A DNA stretch of 64,000 nt, from IMG/VR virus record IMGVR_UViG_3300025889_000071, one strand, 5' to 3'. Made by a program: the position numbers and the translations under genes. The notes under the pieces were generated by a model. That model did no database searches. It saw nothing but the letters and a program-made list of their open reading frames with translations, and was not told the DNA's origin. Shown here piece by piece: positions 46,483-55,946 of this stretch (positions within the stretch are counted from its first letter, which is position 1; the number at the start of each line of letters is the position of its first letter). The DNA is from a virus. Lineage: Duplodnaviria; Caudoviricetes.

Positions 46483-47804
46483 TGTCACAAACACCTATTA
46501 CATCTAGTTTATCACAACCAACCGCAGTTAAAAAACTTGATATTGTTTCAAACAAGGATGCAACATCAACTTCCTTATTAGGAGGTCTTTCTAGACTTGA
46601 ATATTTTGAAAGTATTCTTCAAGATACAATAAGAGCAGAGGTTTTTTATGCAGATACTGGAAATGCTGTAAACGGAAGATCTGTTCTTGAGGCATTACCT
46701 CTAGTTGGAACTGAAGAAGTTAAGTTAAAATTAAGTGATAATTTAAATAATAATATAGATTTAACTTTATATGTCAATAAAGTTACTCCATTTTATGAAG
46801 ATACTACCAAATCATTAGTTAATTTGAGTTTGGTTTCTGAAGAATTTATTACAAACGAAATGGGCAGATCTCGCTTGAATATTCGTTTTGATGGAAAAAT
46901 ATCTGATACAATAGAGAAAATTTTAACTCAATTTCTAAAGACAACCAAGAAAAGAGATATTGAAACTACATCAAACAATTATAATTTTATTGGAAACAAT
47001 AAAAAACCATTTTATACTATTAATTGGCTTTCTAAAAAATCGGTATCAACCACAAACAGTGCAATGGGTATGAGTGCTGGATATTTCTTGTTTGAAACAA
47101 CAGAAGGATATAAATTTAAATCTATTGATACATTATTTGCACAGAAACAAAAGAAATCATTTATTTTTACAAATACTTCAGATAGAGGCGGAAAAATTCC
47201 TGCAGGTTATGATGGAAAAATATTGAGTCATAGACAAGACAATAGAATTCAAGCACAAGAAAAATATCAGATTGGTGCATTTGGAACTCGTCTTGTTACT
47301 TTTGACCCCTTTAATTGTTTTTATGATGTAAAAGTGCAGACATCGGAGGAGGCAAAATCTGGAGTAAAATTGGCTGGAAAAGAACTGCCAAAGTTTAATG
47401 ATAAGTTTTCTACGGAAGAGTTATTTACGAGAACAACATATATGCTTATTGATAAAGGCACTTTACCAACAGGGGACACCAATCAACAAATTGAAAAGTC
47501 ACAATTGCAGAATTTTGACGTTCAAAATATATTAAATCAATCAATACGTCGATATAATCAAGTCTTTAGTAATATGGAAACAATTACTATTGCTGCAGAT
47601 TTTAGTTTACATGCAGGAGATGCAATTTACATAGATATACCAAGTGTTCAGCAAGATAAAGGTTCTGATGTAAATCGACAGACTGGTGGTCTATATATTA
47701 TAGCTGAATTATGTCATTACATATCTCCACGAAATACTTTCACTAAATTAAATTTAATACGGGATTCTTTCGGTAGAAAAGGTAATCACACAACAACGTT
47801 ATAA
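46482..47804 (+). CDS. Baseplate hub protein (gp27-like)
   Basis: YFESIL, KPFY.INWL.KKS, GYFLFET.EGYKFKSID, LHAGD.I.IDIP, GGLYII.ELCH; position before gp5. Confidence 0.6.
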   Translation: MSQTPITSSLSQPTAVKKLDIVSNKDATSTSLLGGLSRLEYFESILQDTIRAEVFYADTGNAVNGRSVLEALPLVGTEEVKLKLSDNLNNNIDLTLYVNKVTPFYEDTTKSLVNLSLVSEEFITNEMGRSRLNIRFDGKISDTIEKILTQFLKTTKKRDIETTSNNYNFIGNNKKPFYTINWLSKKSVSTTNSAMGMSAGYFLFETTEGYKFKSIDTLFAQKQKKSFIFTNTSDRGGKIPAGYDGKILSHRQDNRIQAQEKYQIGAFGTRLVTFDPFNCFYDVKVQTSEEAKSGVKLAGKELPKFNDKFSTEELFTRTTYMLIDKGTLPTGDTNQQIEKSQLQNFDVQNILNQSIRRYNQVFSNMETITIAADFSLHAGDAIYIDIPSVQQDKGSDVNRQTGGLYIIAELCHYISPRNTFTKLNLIRDSFGRKGNHTTTL

Positions 47805-47806
47805 AA

Positions 47807-48025
47807 ATGGAAAAAAAATCTTTACAGCAACATATCAATGACGACAAAGATATGTTGGATGATTCAACTTTGTCACCACAAATGCGTCGTCATGTAGAAG
47901 ATGAGTTAGATCATCTGGAACTTTATCAAGCAAATCATCCTGATGATGATCATGACCCAACTCCTCTTGAAATATATTGTGATGAAAATCCAGATGCTGA
48001 TGAATGTAGAATATATGAGGATTGA
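47807..48025 (+). CDS. cp12: Calvin-cycle inhibitor CP12
   Basis: SPQMRRHVEDEL and C-terminal PLEIYCDENPDADECRIYED (CP12 Cys pair). Confidence 0.9.
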   Translation: MEKKSLQQHINDDKDMLDDSTLSPQMRRHVEDELDHLELYQANHPDDDHDPTPLEIYCDENPDADECRIYED

Positions 48026-48029
48026 TTAG

Positions 48030-50693
48030 ATGGAAGGAGGTGCATTATTTAATCCTGGATTTTTAGGTGGCAATTTTTTATGGTGGGTAGGCCAAGTTGC
48101 TGATGATAGAACTTGGAGAGAAAACGTAAAATCAGAAAAATATGAGAATCCAAAAGATAATAAAGGATGGGGATACCGGTATAAAGTAAGAATTATTGGT
48201 CTTCATGACAAACAAGAAACTTTAATACCATCAGACCAATTGCCTTGGGCTCAGGTCATGTATCCCATTACTGCTGGTGGTGGTCAAGGTGGTTCATTTC
48301 AAACACCTGGAATTAAGCAAGGAATGTTTGTGTTTGGATTTTTCTTGGATGGTCAGGATCAGCAGGTTCCTGTTATTATGGGTGTTCTTGGAAATAATGC
48401 ACAAACACCTTTAAGTTTAACGACATCACTGTCTGGTTCTGAAAATTTCACTGCTCAAAGTGGCCATGCAAATTCTTATGATGATCAAACAAAACTTACA
48501 GCAGACAAAAATCTTGCAGTAACACCTCCAGAAGAAGAAAAGGCACCAACTAAAGAAAGCACTGATCCACATCAAAAAACTGTAGCAGATGAAAAAAAAG
48601 ATAGACAATTAAAGAAGAAAAAACCCTTAAAATGTCCTGATAAGAAACAAAAGAGTGGATTAAAATCCATTCAAACTATTCTTGAAGAACTTACAAAAGA
48701 TATACAAGAAGCACAAAAAGCATTTAAAAACTTTAAGGATGCTGCTTCTTTGAGATTGAAAAAAGGATATGTACAAGTACAAAAATGGATAAAATTAAAG
48801 ATGCAAGAAGCATCTAGGGAAATTGCAAAACATGCAAAGGAAATATACATCAATGTTCAGAATTGGATATCTGATCAGTATAATAAAACATTAAAACCAC
48901 TTCTAAAAAATCTTCCAGGTTCTTCTTTAATAGAAGCCTTTAAATTAAAGATGAAAGGTTTAGAAGCAATTGCATGTAAATTTAATGCATTAATGAAAGG
49001 TCTTGGACCATTGATTAATCAATTTTTAAATGATAAAAATTCTCAAGCACATTCTAATTCTAAAAATTCAGCAAGTTCTGGGGGTACTGGAGGTTCTGAT
49101 TCACCATATTTACAATATCAACAAGCACTTCGTGATGCTGGAGGAAATCAAAACTTAACTGGAGGAAATCAAAATTTACCTGACGCAAGAATTATTAGTG
49201 CGCCAACAGAAGAGTTAATTCGTAGTGGATTGATAGAAGATGAAGATGCAAGAACACCTTTAGATGATATAGTTGCACCAGCTCTTCCCATAGATGGATA
49301 TGGAACACCAACTCCAATATGCACCACTGAAGAATTAATGGCATTTCTTTTGGGACAGCATCTTAATGATATAATGACCACTTTTAATGAAGCAGTTAGA
49401 CCAATTGCAGATCAAGTTAGAACTACAGTTGATCAGGCAGATACTACAGAAGCCAATACATTGGCACAATCTAGTGGAAAGACAACTATTAATGATTTTG
49501 CATATACCGTAACATCTGAAAATGTTGATAGAGCACGAAAATCTGGAGATCTTGTAGATGCTTTAGCACGAACTCTTGCATCAAATGGTCTTGGGATGAG
49601 TCAAACACACCCAATTGAACAGGCAAAGGATTATTTTCAATCTAAAAATTATTATGGTGGATTAGTTACATTAAAGGCAAATCAAATAGTAGGACCACAA
49701 CGTTCTAGTGATAATTCTGGTACAATTTCTTCTTTAGTTGGTTCGAAAGGCGATCTTCGATCAACTTTTGTAGATACTGTTGGAGTTTATTTATTAGGAC
49801 AAAATCTTACTAGTCCGCTGATTCAAGAAGGAAAACAACTTTTAGATGAAGTTATTTCATATCTCATACAAAATGACCCAGGAATCACTACAACTTCTGA
49901 GCCAGGAAGGGAGGGACAAACTACTAGCACTACAACGCCAACCCCATTACCTACAATTTTTAATAAAGCATTAAAAGTATTATCTGGTGCACTAACTTTA
50001 GGGGCAGCGGTATCGCCACCCACTGCAGTTGTTGGTGGCATTGTCAATCTTGCCAATACTCTTATTTCTACTGGTTTTAACCTTAATAATATTCCTGGCA
50101 CATTAAAATCTGCTTTTGGAGCTTCTTTTCCTGCAATAGGAATTGCTTCTGATTTTGTTAGTGTAGCAGCCAATTTGGCAAGCGGAAATATGGCAGCAGC
50201 TATCAATTCAATTACTGGAATGCTACCTGGTGTTGGAAATCAGGTGGCAAATGTATTTAATGCTTTAAAAGATGGAAACCTTGGAAAGTTAACTTATGAA
50301 GTTGGTCTTCTTTCGAGAGTGAATCCTAGAATTTTAGATGCAATCATAAAGAATGTAATTCAAGTTGATATGATTAATCCAGAAAATGTACAAAATGTGC
50401 TAAATTCTCTTGGAGTTAATTTTGATATTGGTGCGGCATTAGGATTTATTAGTTCCATTAGTGAATTTTTTGCATGTGATCCAAAACCAAAGTGTTCTCC
50501 AAATACTGATCATACTCTTCAAGAGGGTGGAAATGCAAGACCAGGAAAAGAACAACCAAATCTATCACAAATTGCAAATTTAGCATCTCAAACTGCAACT
50601 GCGTTGGGAAGTGAAGGTGTTTCCGATGCTATTCAAACTGCAAGTGATGTAACAGGAGTTGTTACGAAGTTCCGAACACCATCAACAACTTAA
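48030..50693 (+). CDS. g5: Baseplate hub/spike gp5 N-terminal (OB-fold) protein with long central region
   Basis: WWVGQV, RYKVRIIGLH, LPWAQVMYP, G.FVFGFFLDGQDQQVPVIMG. Confidence 0.8.
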   Translation: MEGGALFNPGFLGGNFLWWVGQVADDRTWRENVKSEKYENPKDNKGWGYRYKVRIIGLHDKQETLIPSDQLPWAQVMYPITAGGGQGGSFQTPGIKQGMFVFGFFLDGQDQQVPVIMGVLGNNAQTPLSLTTSLSGSENFTAQSGHANSYDDQTKLTADKNLAVTPPEEEKAPTKESTDPHQKTVADEKKDRQLKKKKPLKCPDKKQKSGLKSIQTILEELTKDIQEAQKAFKNFKDAASLRLKKGYVQVQKWIKLKMQEASREIAKHAKEIYINVQNWISDQYNKTLKPLLKNLPGSSLIEAFKLKMKGLEAIACKFNALMKGLGPLINQFLNDKNSQAHSNSKNSASSGGTGGSDSPYLQYQQALRDAGGNQNLTGGNQNLPDARIISAPTEELIRSGLIEDEDARTPLDDIVAPALPIDGYGTPTPICTTEELMAFLLGQHLNDIMTTFNEAVRPIADQVRTTVDQADTTEANTLAQSSGKTTINDFAYTVTSENVDRARKSGDLVDALARTLASNGLGMSQTHPIEQAKDYFQSKNYYGGLVTLKANQIVGPQRSSDNSGTISSLVGSKGDLRSTFVDTVGVYLLGQNLTSPLIQEGKQLLDEVISYLIQNDPGITTTSEPGREGQTTSTTTPTPLPTIFNKALKVLSGALTLGAAVSPPTAVVGGIVNLANTLISTGFNLNNIPGTLKSAFGASFPAIGIASDFVSVAANLASGNMAAAINSITGMLPGVGNQVANVFNALKDGNLGKLTYEVGLLSRVNPRILDAIIKNVIQVDMINPENVQNVLNSLGVNFDIGAALGFISSISEFFACDPKPKCSPNTDHTLQEGGNARPGKEQPNLSQIANLASQTATALGSEGVSDAIQTASDVTGVVTKFRTPSTT

Positions 50694-50704
50694 GGTATCA
50701 TAAA

Positions 50705-51925
50705 ATGCCCATAGCACCTACTCCACGCGAACGTATTACAGTTAATTATATTAGTCCTACTATGGGATTAGTAACTGATATTACTATAGAAGAAGCGAAT
50801 GCATATGAAAAAAATAATCCAGGAACAATTTTTATTTTTGTTGATGGTGAGGGAGATATTAACTATTTGGGAATAGAACAGGTTAATCTTCTTACGGTCA
50901 ATAGTTTACTTCGTGTGAGTCCTTGTGATGTGACTCCCAGAAAATGTGGACCTCCAGTGGTTAATATTTACGGAGGTGGAGGAATTGGTGCAATAGCAAA
51001 CCCAATTATTGATCCAAATGGTGTTTTAATTGCAGTTGATCTGGTTTCTGGTGGGTTTGGTTATACTTCTGCTCCAAGAGTTGCAATTATTGATGAATGT
51101 GATCTTGGAAGTGGAGCTGTTGTAAATGCAGAAATTGACGATGGAGGTTCAGTATCTAATATCATTATTTTTGATGGAGGAACTGGATATGTACCAGGAA
51201 CTATATCAGTTGATGCAACACCACAAATAAATCCATCGGATCCAGATTATCCAGTTGTTTTACAATTAGATGATGTAATAGTTGAAAAACCAGGTATTAA
51301 CTACAATTGTTCTGAAGATAATATCGTAATTACCCCCAGTAATGGAACTGAATTAGCATATACATGTGATCCATTTGGAAGAATCAACGGAGTAACTGTA
51401 AAAACTGGAGGTTATTTCACTGAAATTCCTACAATTGGAATTGAAAGTAATACTGGGGTAAATGCAAAATTTATTCCTACGTTCAAAATTATTAGAGAAG
51501 TTGAAGAAATTGTAGAAAGAGGTGCTGTAAAGGTTGTTTATGTAAAGGATTTGGTTGGCCTTACTATAAATGGTTATTTGGATGGAAAACCATTTTATGG
51601 AAAAGTATTTTTTGAAGATGGTATTAAATATGCGGGAGTTTCTGGCCAAGGTGGTGCAAAAATAAGAGTTTATGATACTAGGATTGAAAGTATCAATAAG
51701 GAAAATATAGTGAGAGTAGATGAGGTTGTTCTTTCTAGAGGACAAACAGAAGGAACAGTTGCTTTTATTCAGGAACAAGCATCTACGGAAACTTCCACCA
51801 ATCAAGTTAATTATGGTTATATAACAGAATCACCTTCTCCTTCTCCAGCACCTTCTCCAGCACCTTCTCCAGCACCTTCACCTTCACCACCACCATCTGG
51901 AGGAGATTATGGTGGCGGTTACTAA
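50705..51925 (+). CDS. Virion structural protein with Pro/Ser/Ala-rich C-terminal tail
   Basis: GGGIGAIA, GFGYTSAP, GGTGY beta-repeats; PSPSPAPSPAPSPAPSPSPPPSGGDYGGGY. Confidence 0.75.
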   Translation: MPIAPTPRERITVNYISPTMGLVTDITIEEANAYEKNNPGTIFIFVDGEGDINYLGIEQVNLLTVNSLLRVSPCDVTPRKCGPPVVNIYGGGGIGAIANPIIDPNGVLIAVDLVSGGFGYTSAPRVAIIDECDLGSGAVVNAEIDDGGSVSNIIIFDGGTGYVPGTISVDATPQINPSDPDYPVVLQLDDVIVEKPGINYNCSEDNIVITPSNGTELAYTCDPFGRINGVTVKTGGYFTEIPTIGIESNTGVNAKFIPTFKIIREVEEIVERGAVKVVYVKDLVGLTINGYLDGKPFYGKVFFEDGIKYAGVSGQGGAKIRVYDTRIESINKENIVRVDEVVLSRGQTEGTVAFIQEQASTETSTNQVNYGYITESPSPSPAPSPAPSPAPSPSPPPSGGDYGGGY

Positions 51926-51952
51926 TAAATATTAAAAAGTAATTCTCATTAT

Positions 51953-52480
51953 ATGTCAAAAAAAGAAAATTTTTGGACACAAGTGATTGCTGCAATGAAT
52001 GGTGCAATGACTTTTGGTGGCCTTAGTCCATCAGGAGATGTGCGTTCTAGCATTGAACTTCAAGGTGCTGATGGAAGACATTTTATAGATTTGTCTGAAG
52101 ATGGTGTTCGTGAAGGATGGACCACTATAAATGCTCCAGGTGCAATTCAAATTAATGCAGGAGAAGATTTAGAGAAGGACCAACATGGTATTTTTATTAA
52201 TACTGAAAATGGTGATATTATTCTTCGAGCAAAAGATGGAAGAATAAGAATTGAAGGAACTGATGTTGAAATTGTAGCATCTAATAATTTTTTGGTAAAT
52301 GCAGTTGAAGCTGTCAAGATAGATTCAAAAAATATTACAATTGATGCAGTACAATCACTTAAACTTTTGACAACAGGTGCATTAACAATTGATGGTAAAT
52401 TAGCTACACAAATTTTATCACCAATAGTTCATGCAATAACATGTGCTACAGACCCAGAGAAAAAACCAGGAGAAATTTGA
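51953..52480 (+). CDS. gp5 C-terminal beta-helix/spike-like protein
   Basis: Alternating beta pattern (IILRAKDGRIRIEG.DVEIVA); late motif ATAAATA at ~51926. Confidence 0.55.
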   Translation: MSKKENFWTQVIAAMNGAMTFGGLSPSGDVRSSIELQGADGRHFIDLSEDGVREGWTTINAPGAIQINAGEDLEKDQHGIFINTENGDIILRAKDGRIRIEGTDVEIVASNNFLVNAVEAVKIDSKNITIDAVQSLKLLTTGALTIDGKLATQILSPIVHAITCATDPEKKPGEI

Positions 52481-52492
52481 GGAGAAAATAAA

Positions 52493-53311
52493 ATGGCATT
52501 TCAAGCAGATGAATTTTGGGCTTATGGTGGACAACTTCTTTGTTCAGAACCAAATAAAATACCAATTGCTCTTGGTGTAGGACCAAGTAAAATTATTGGT
52601 TCTTCTTACATTCAGGGTCCAGCAATGGTAGGAAGTCCAGATAGATTTCCTAATGTGTATGCAACGATGATGATTGGACCACCAGCACATTCTGGTCCTC
52701 AACCTGTTATTCCAGGTGCATTATGTTATGGAGTTAATAATCCATATTCACTAGCAGTTTCAGGACCCTCTGCACTTATGGGTCCGGTAGATGCGAATGG
52801 TAATATAAGTGCTCAAGGTAATGTTCAGGCACAGTCTGATGTATTGGCTAAGTGTGGAACAGTATCTTTAACAGAGACATATGCAATTGCAAAGTCCAAA
52901 AAAAGTTTTGATATTCCTCATCCATCAAAAGAAGGATGGAGATTGAGGCATGTTTGTCCGGAAGGTCCATCTAGTGATGTATATTTTAGAGGAAGAGTTA
53001 CAAATAAAAAAGAAATTCAACTTCCATTATATTGGGAAGAACTTGTTGATCCAACAACAATAACGGTCAATTTAACACCAATTGGAGCTCATCAGAATGT
53101 AATTGTAAAAAGAATTGCTGATAATAAAATTTATCTACAAGCAAATGGTGGGATGCCAATCAATTGCTTCTTTCATGTTTATGCAACTCGTATTGATGGC
53201 GAGAGATTAATTCCCGAATATGAAGGAACTTCACCTGCAGATTATCCAGGTGATAATAGTGGATATTCTATTGCTAGTTACACTTACGACATTCCATCTG
53301 GAGAACAATAA
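52493..53311 (+). CDS. Baseplate/spike-associated protein with C-terminal chaperone-like domain
   Basis: KSFDIPHPSKEGWRLRHVCPEGP..DVYFRGR, ITVNLTPIG. Confidence 0.6.
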   Translation: MAFQADEFWAYGGQLLCSEPNKIPIALGVGPSKIIGSSYIQGPAMVGSPDRFPNVYATMMIGPPAHSGPQPVIPGALCYGVNNPYSLAVSGPSALMGPVDANGNISAQGNVQAQSDVLAKCGTVSLTETYAIAKSKKSFDIPHPSKEGWRLRHVCPEGPSSDVYFRGRVTNKKEIQLPLYWEELVDPTTITVNLTPIGAHQNVIVKRIADNKIYLQANGGMPINCFFHVYATRIDGERLIPEYEGTSPADYPGDNSGYSIASYTYDIPSGEQ

Positions 53312-54949
53312 ATGGCAGATCCTAATTTAGAGTTTATTAAACTAGATGTATCACCATTACCAGTGATAGAAGATGGTGCTCCTGGTGTTGATATTGACTC
53401 ATCTGGAATAGCTGTTGTTGGAATTATCACTGCAACAACTTTTGTTGGTGATGATATTACAATTGGAACTGGTGTTACTATTAATGACTCTGGAATACAT
53501 GTAACAGGAGTCATCACTGCAACATCTTTTGTTGGTGATGGTTCTAATGTAACAGGTATTTCAACACTTAACATCACAGGTTATAGTGGTGGTGGAGGAG
53601 GAGCATTTTCGTATGATAACACCACAAATGTCTTTACAACAAATCTAACATCATTACCAGATAGAGATACTGGTTCTAATAATTTCTTTGTAGGGGCAAA
53701 TGCGGGAAATCGTATTACAACGGGTTCTCATAATATAGGAATAGGAACCTCTGCCGGAAATCAACTTACTACTGGAAGTTGTAATAACTTCTTTGGTAAT
53801 TGTGCAGGAAGATGCAACACCACTGGATGCAACAATAACTTCTTTGGTAATCAGGCAGGATACAATAACACCTGTGGATGTCATAATAACTTCTTTGGTT
53901 GTTGTGCAGGACACTGCAACACCACTGGATGCAACAATAACTTCTTTGGTCGTTATGCAGGATGTCTCAACACCTCTGGAAGTCATAATAACTTCTTTGG
54001 TTGTTGTGCAGGAAGATGCACTACCGTTGGAAGTTCAAATAACTTCTTTGGTTATCAGGCAGGATATAGAAACTGTAGTGGAGTATTTAATAACTTCTTT
54101 GGATATTGTGCAGGATACAACAGCACCACTGGATGTGGTAATAACTACCTTGGTTATTGGGCAGGAAGATTAAACAGTTGTGGAAAATTTAATAACTTCT
54201 TTGGATATCTTGCAGGATGCAGGAACAGCACTGGATGTTGTAATAACTTCTTTGGATATCAGGCAGGATACAACAACACCACTGGATTTGAAAACAACTT
54301 TATTGGTGCTCATGCGGGATGTAATAATACCTTTGGGGATTATAATAACTTCCTTGGTACATGTGCAGGAAGATGTAATACCAGTGGAAACCATAATACT
54401 GCCATTGGTTGTAATTCAGGATACAACAACAGCACTGGAAACAATAATGTTTCAATAGGCCAAAGTGCAGGATGTTTAGTAACCGGTTCCAATAATATTA
54501 TGATTGGTTGTGGAACTGGTATTGGTGTGAATGGAATGGGAGACCATACTGGTAGTGATACAATCTATATGGGTAATACTAGTCATACAAAGGCTTGTAT
54601 TCAAATTGCATGGACAACAAACTCTGATGTTCGTAACAAGTGTATTTGGGGTAATGTTTCACATGGAAGAGATTTCTTGAGAAACGTAAATCCAATTAAG
54701 TATTCATTTAAGAGTAGAGATACAGATGAACTTATTGATGAAAAAATGAGATATGGTTTCTGTGCTCAAGAAATTTTATCTCTTGAACTTCCAGAAAATC
54801 CAGTTATTACTAATGTAGATAATGCAGATAATTATGGTGTCACCCATGAGTATTTGATTCCTATCTTGGTAAATGCTATTAAAGAACTTGATGCAGAAAA
54901 CAAAGCAATTCTTGCTCGCTTGGAGGCCCTAGAGAAAGAAAGCCCTTGA
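53312..54949 (+). CDS. Tail fibre/spike with 17-aa Cys-rich repeats and S74-type intramolecular chaperone
   Basis: ~15 repeats of xTTGxxNNFFGxxAGxx; NSDVRNK, GFCAQE, LVNAIKEL coiled-coil end. Confidence 0.75.
   Translation: MADPNLEFIKLDVSPLPVIEDGAPGVDIDSSGIAVVGIITATTFVGDDITIGTGVTINDSGIHVTGVITATSFVGDGSNVTGISTLNITGYSGGGGGAFSYDNTTNVFTTNLTSLPDRDTGSNNFFVGANAGNRITTGSHNIGIGTSAGNQLTTGSCNNFFGNCAGRCNTTGCNNNFFGNQAGYNNTCGCHNNFFGCCAGHCNTTGCNNNFFGRYAGCLNTSGSHNNFFGCCAGRCTTVGSSNNFFGYQAGYRNCSGVFNNFFGYCAGYNSTTGCGNNYLGYWAGRLNSCGKFNNFFGYLAGCRNSTGCCNNFFGYQAGYNNTTGFENNFIGAHAGCNNTFGDYNNFLGTCAGRCNTSGNHNTAIGCNSGYNNSTGNNNVSIGQSAGCLVTGSNNIMIGCGTGIGVNGMGDHTGSDTIYMGNTSHTKACIQIAWTTNSDVRNKCIWGNVSHGRDFLRNVNPIKYSFKSRDTDELIDEKMRYGFCAQEILSLELPENPVITNVDNADNYGVTHEYLIPILVNAIKELDAENKAILARLEALEKESP
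53760..54520 (+). repeat. 51-nt tandem coding repeats
   Basis: AATAACTTCTTTGG.. and GCAGGA recur every 51 nt. Confidence 0.85.
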
Positions 54950-55001
54950 CGACCCCATCGCTCTCTGTTATACTATATGAGTAATCAAGGAAACCCACCG
55001 A

Positions 55002-55184
55002 ATGCAAGACGAGTTTCTCACCCGTTGTGTTGTTGATCCTACTAAAAGGAAGTTCTATTTGTTTTCAAACGAAGGTGACGAGAAAGTGATTGATTGTGAA
55101 ACAATGGAACAATTCATGAGCGTTCTTCAATTTGTTCGTGCTACTTGTAGTGAAGATGTTCTTGCATATTCCAATCCTCTTTGA
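55002..55184 (+). CDS. Conserved hypothetical protein
   Basis: MQDEFLTRCVVDP..RKFYLFSNEGDEKVIDC; TTGACG...TATACT promoter-like at ~54947-54974. Confidence 0.75.
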   Translation: MQDEFLTRCVVDPTKRKFYLFSNEGDEKVIDCETMEQFMSVLQFVRATCSEDVLAYSNPL

Positions 55185-55240
55185 TAAGATGAATGCATAT
55201 TCTCCAGAGCTTTACAAAGATATCCTAGAATGCTATAATT

Positions 55241-55396
55241 ATGAGACCAGAAACCCGACAGTCTATGGAAATGTTATTTGCAGCAAAATGGAATTTACCA
55301 AAAGCAGCGAAAAACGCAGGACTGACCAACAAGGAGATGAAAATTACATTTAACGAGTATTGTACTTTTCATCCACCAACATATAAACCTGAATAA
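55241..55396 (+). CDS. Conserved cyanophage hypothetical protein (51 aa)
   Basis: Manually read MRPETRQSMEMLFAAKWNLPKAAKNAGLTNKEMKITFNEYCTFHPPTYKPE. Confidence 0.6.
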   Translation: MRPETRQSMEMLFAAKWNLPKAAKNAGLTNKEMKITFNEYCTFHPPTYKPE

Positions 55397-55406
55397 GGTT
55401 TTTCTT

Positions 55407-55478
55407 GGGAGTGTCGCATATTGGTTAATGCCCATGCCTTATAAGCGTGTGAACCGAGTTCAATTCTCGGCATTCCCA
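55407..55478 (+). tRNA. trnI: tRNA-Ile(UAU)
   Basis: Acceptor GGGAGTG/CATTCCC; anticodon stem CATGC/GCGTG, loop CTTATAA; T-arm CCGAG-TTCAATT-CTCGG; no CCA. Confidence 0.9.
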
Positions 55479-55481
55479 CTT

Positions 55482-55554
55482 GCTCCTTTAGCTCTCTGGT
55501 GAAAGCTCTCTGCTCATAACAGAAGAAAGGTCAGTTCGATCCTGACAAGGAGCA
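55482..55554 (+). tRNA. trnM: tRNA-Met(CAU), elongator or Ile2-type
   Basis: Acceptor GCTCCTT/AAGGAGC; loop CTCATAA; T-arm GTCAG-TTCGATC-CTGAC. Confidence 0.9.
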
Positions 55555-55557
55555 CTC

Positions 55558-55629
55558 GGGTGATTGGCGCAGAGGTAGCGCAGTAGATTTACATTCTATT
55601 GGTCACTGGTTCGAATCCAGTATCACCCA
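55558..55629 (+). tRNA. trnV: tRNA-Val(UAC)
   Basis: Acceptor GGGTGAT/ATCACCC; stem GTAGA/TCTAT, loop TTTACAT; T-arm CTGG-TTCGAAT-CCAG. Confidence 0.9.
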
Positions 55630-55633
55630 CCTT

Positions 55634-55916
55634 GCGAGTATGGTGGAATCGGTAGACACACCAGACTTATGAAAATTGAGCCTCATTTGAGAAATCTTAT
55701 GAGTGTAACTCCTCAAATTCGGGGAAACCTGTAAAATGGCAATCCCGAGCCAAGCATCGCAAGATGAAGGTGTAGAGACTAGACGGGGAGCACCTAAACC
55801 GAAAGGTATGGTGAAGGGATAGTCCAGACCACAAACCGTAAGGGCAAGGAAACTTGTAGTGGTAAGAAAATCTGTTGACCATTGCGGTCGTGGGAGTTCA
55901 AGTCTCCCTACTCGCA
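55634..55916 (+). tRNA. trnL: tRNA-Leu(UAA), split by group I intron (exons 55634-55668, 55867-55916)
   Basis: Joined exons give an 85-nt type II tRNA with anticodon loop CTT|AAAA, variable arm GACC..GGTC, T-loop GTTCAAGT. Confidence 0.92.
55669..55866 (+). mobile_element. Group I self-splicing intron (trnL-type, 198 nt, no ORF)
   Basis: Inserted U^AA; P1 CTT/GAG with U.G; P AAATTCGGGGAA, Q AATCCCGAGC, R GTGTAGAGACTAGACG, S GGATAGTCCA; GNRA loops in P6, P8, P9; ends in G. Confidence 0.93.
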
Positions 55917-55946
55917 TTAAAATAAATAAGACAAAACGGTAAGTAT

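Noticed and set aside
53760-54520. Diversity-generating retroelement target (AAY-like variable codons)
   Set aside because: No reverse transcriptase or template repeat in the window; variation is spread over tandem repeats, and Cys is far more frequent than random A-to-N mutagenesis predicts
55603-55917. Minus-strand ORFs over the tRNA-Leu intron (possible intron-encoded protein)
   Set aside because: Antisense to tRNA and ribozyme; no nuclease motifs; the intron is too short to encode one
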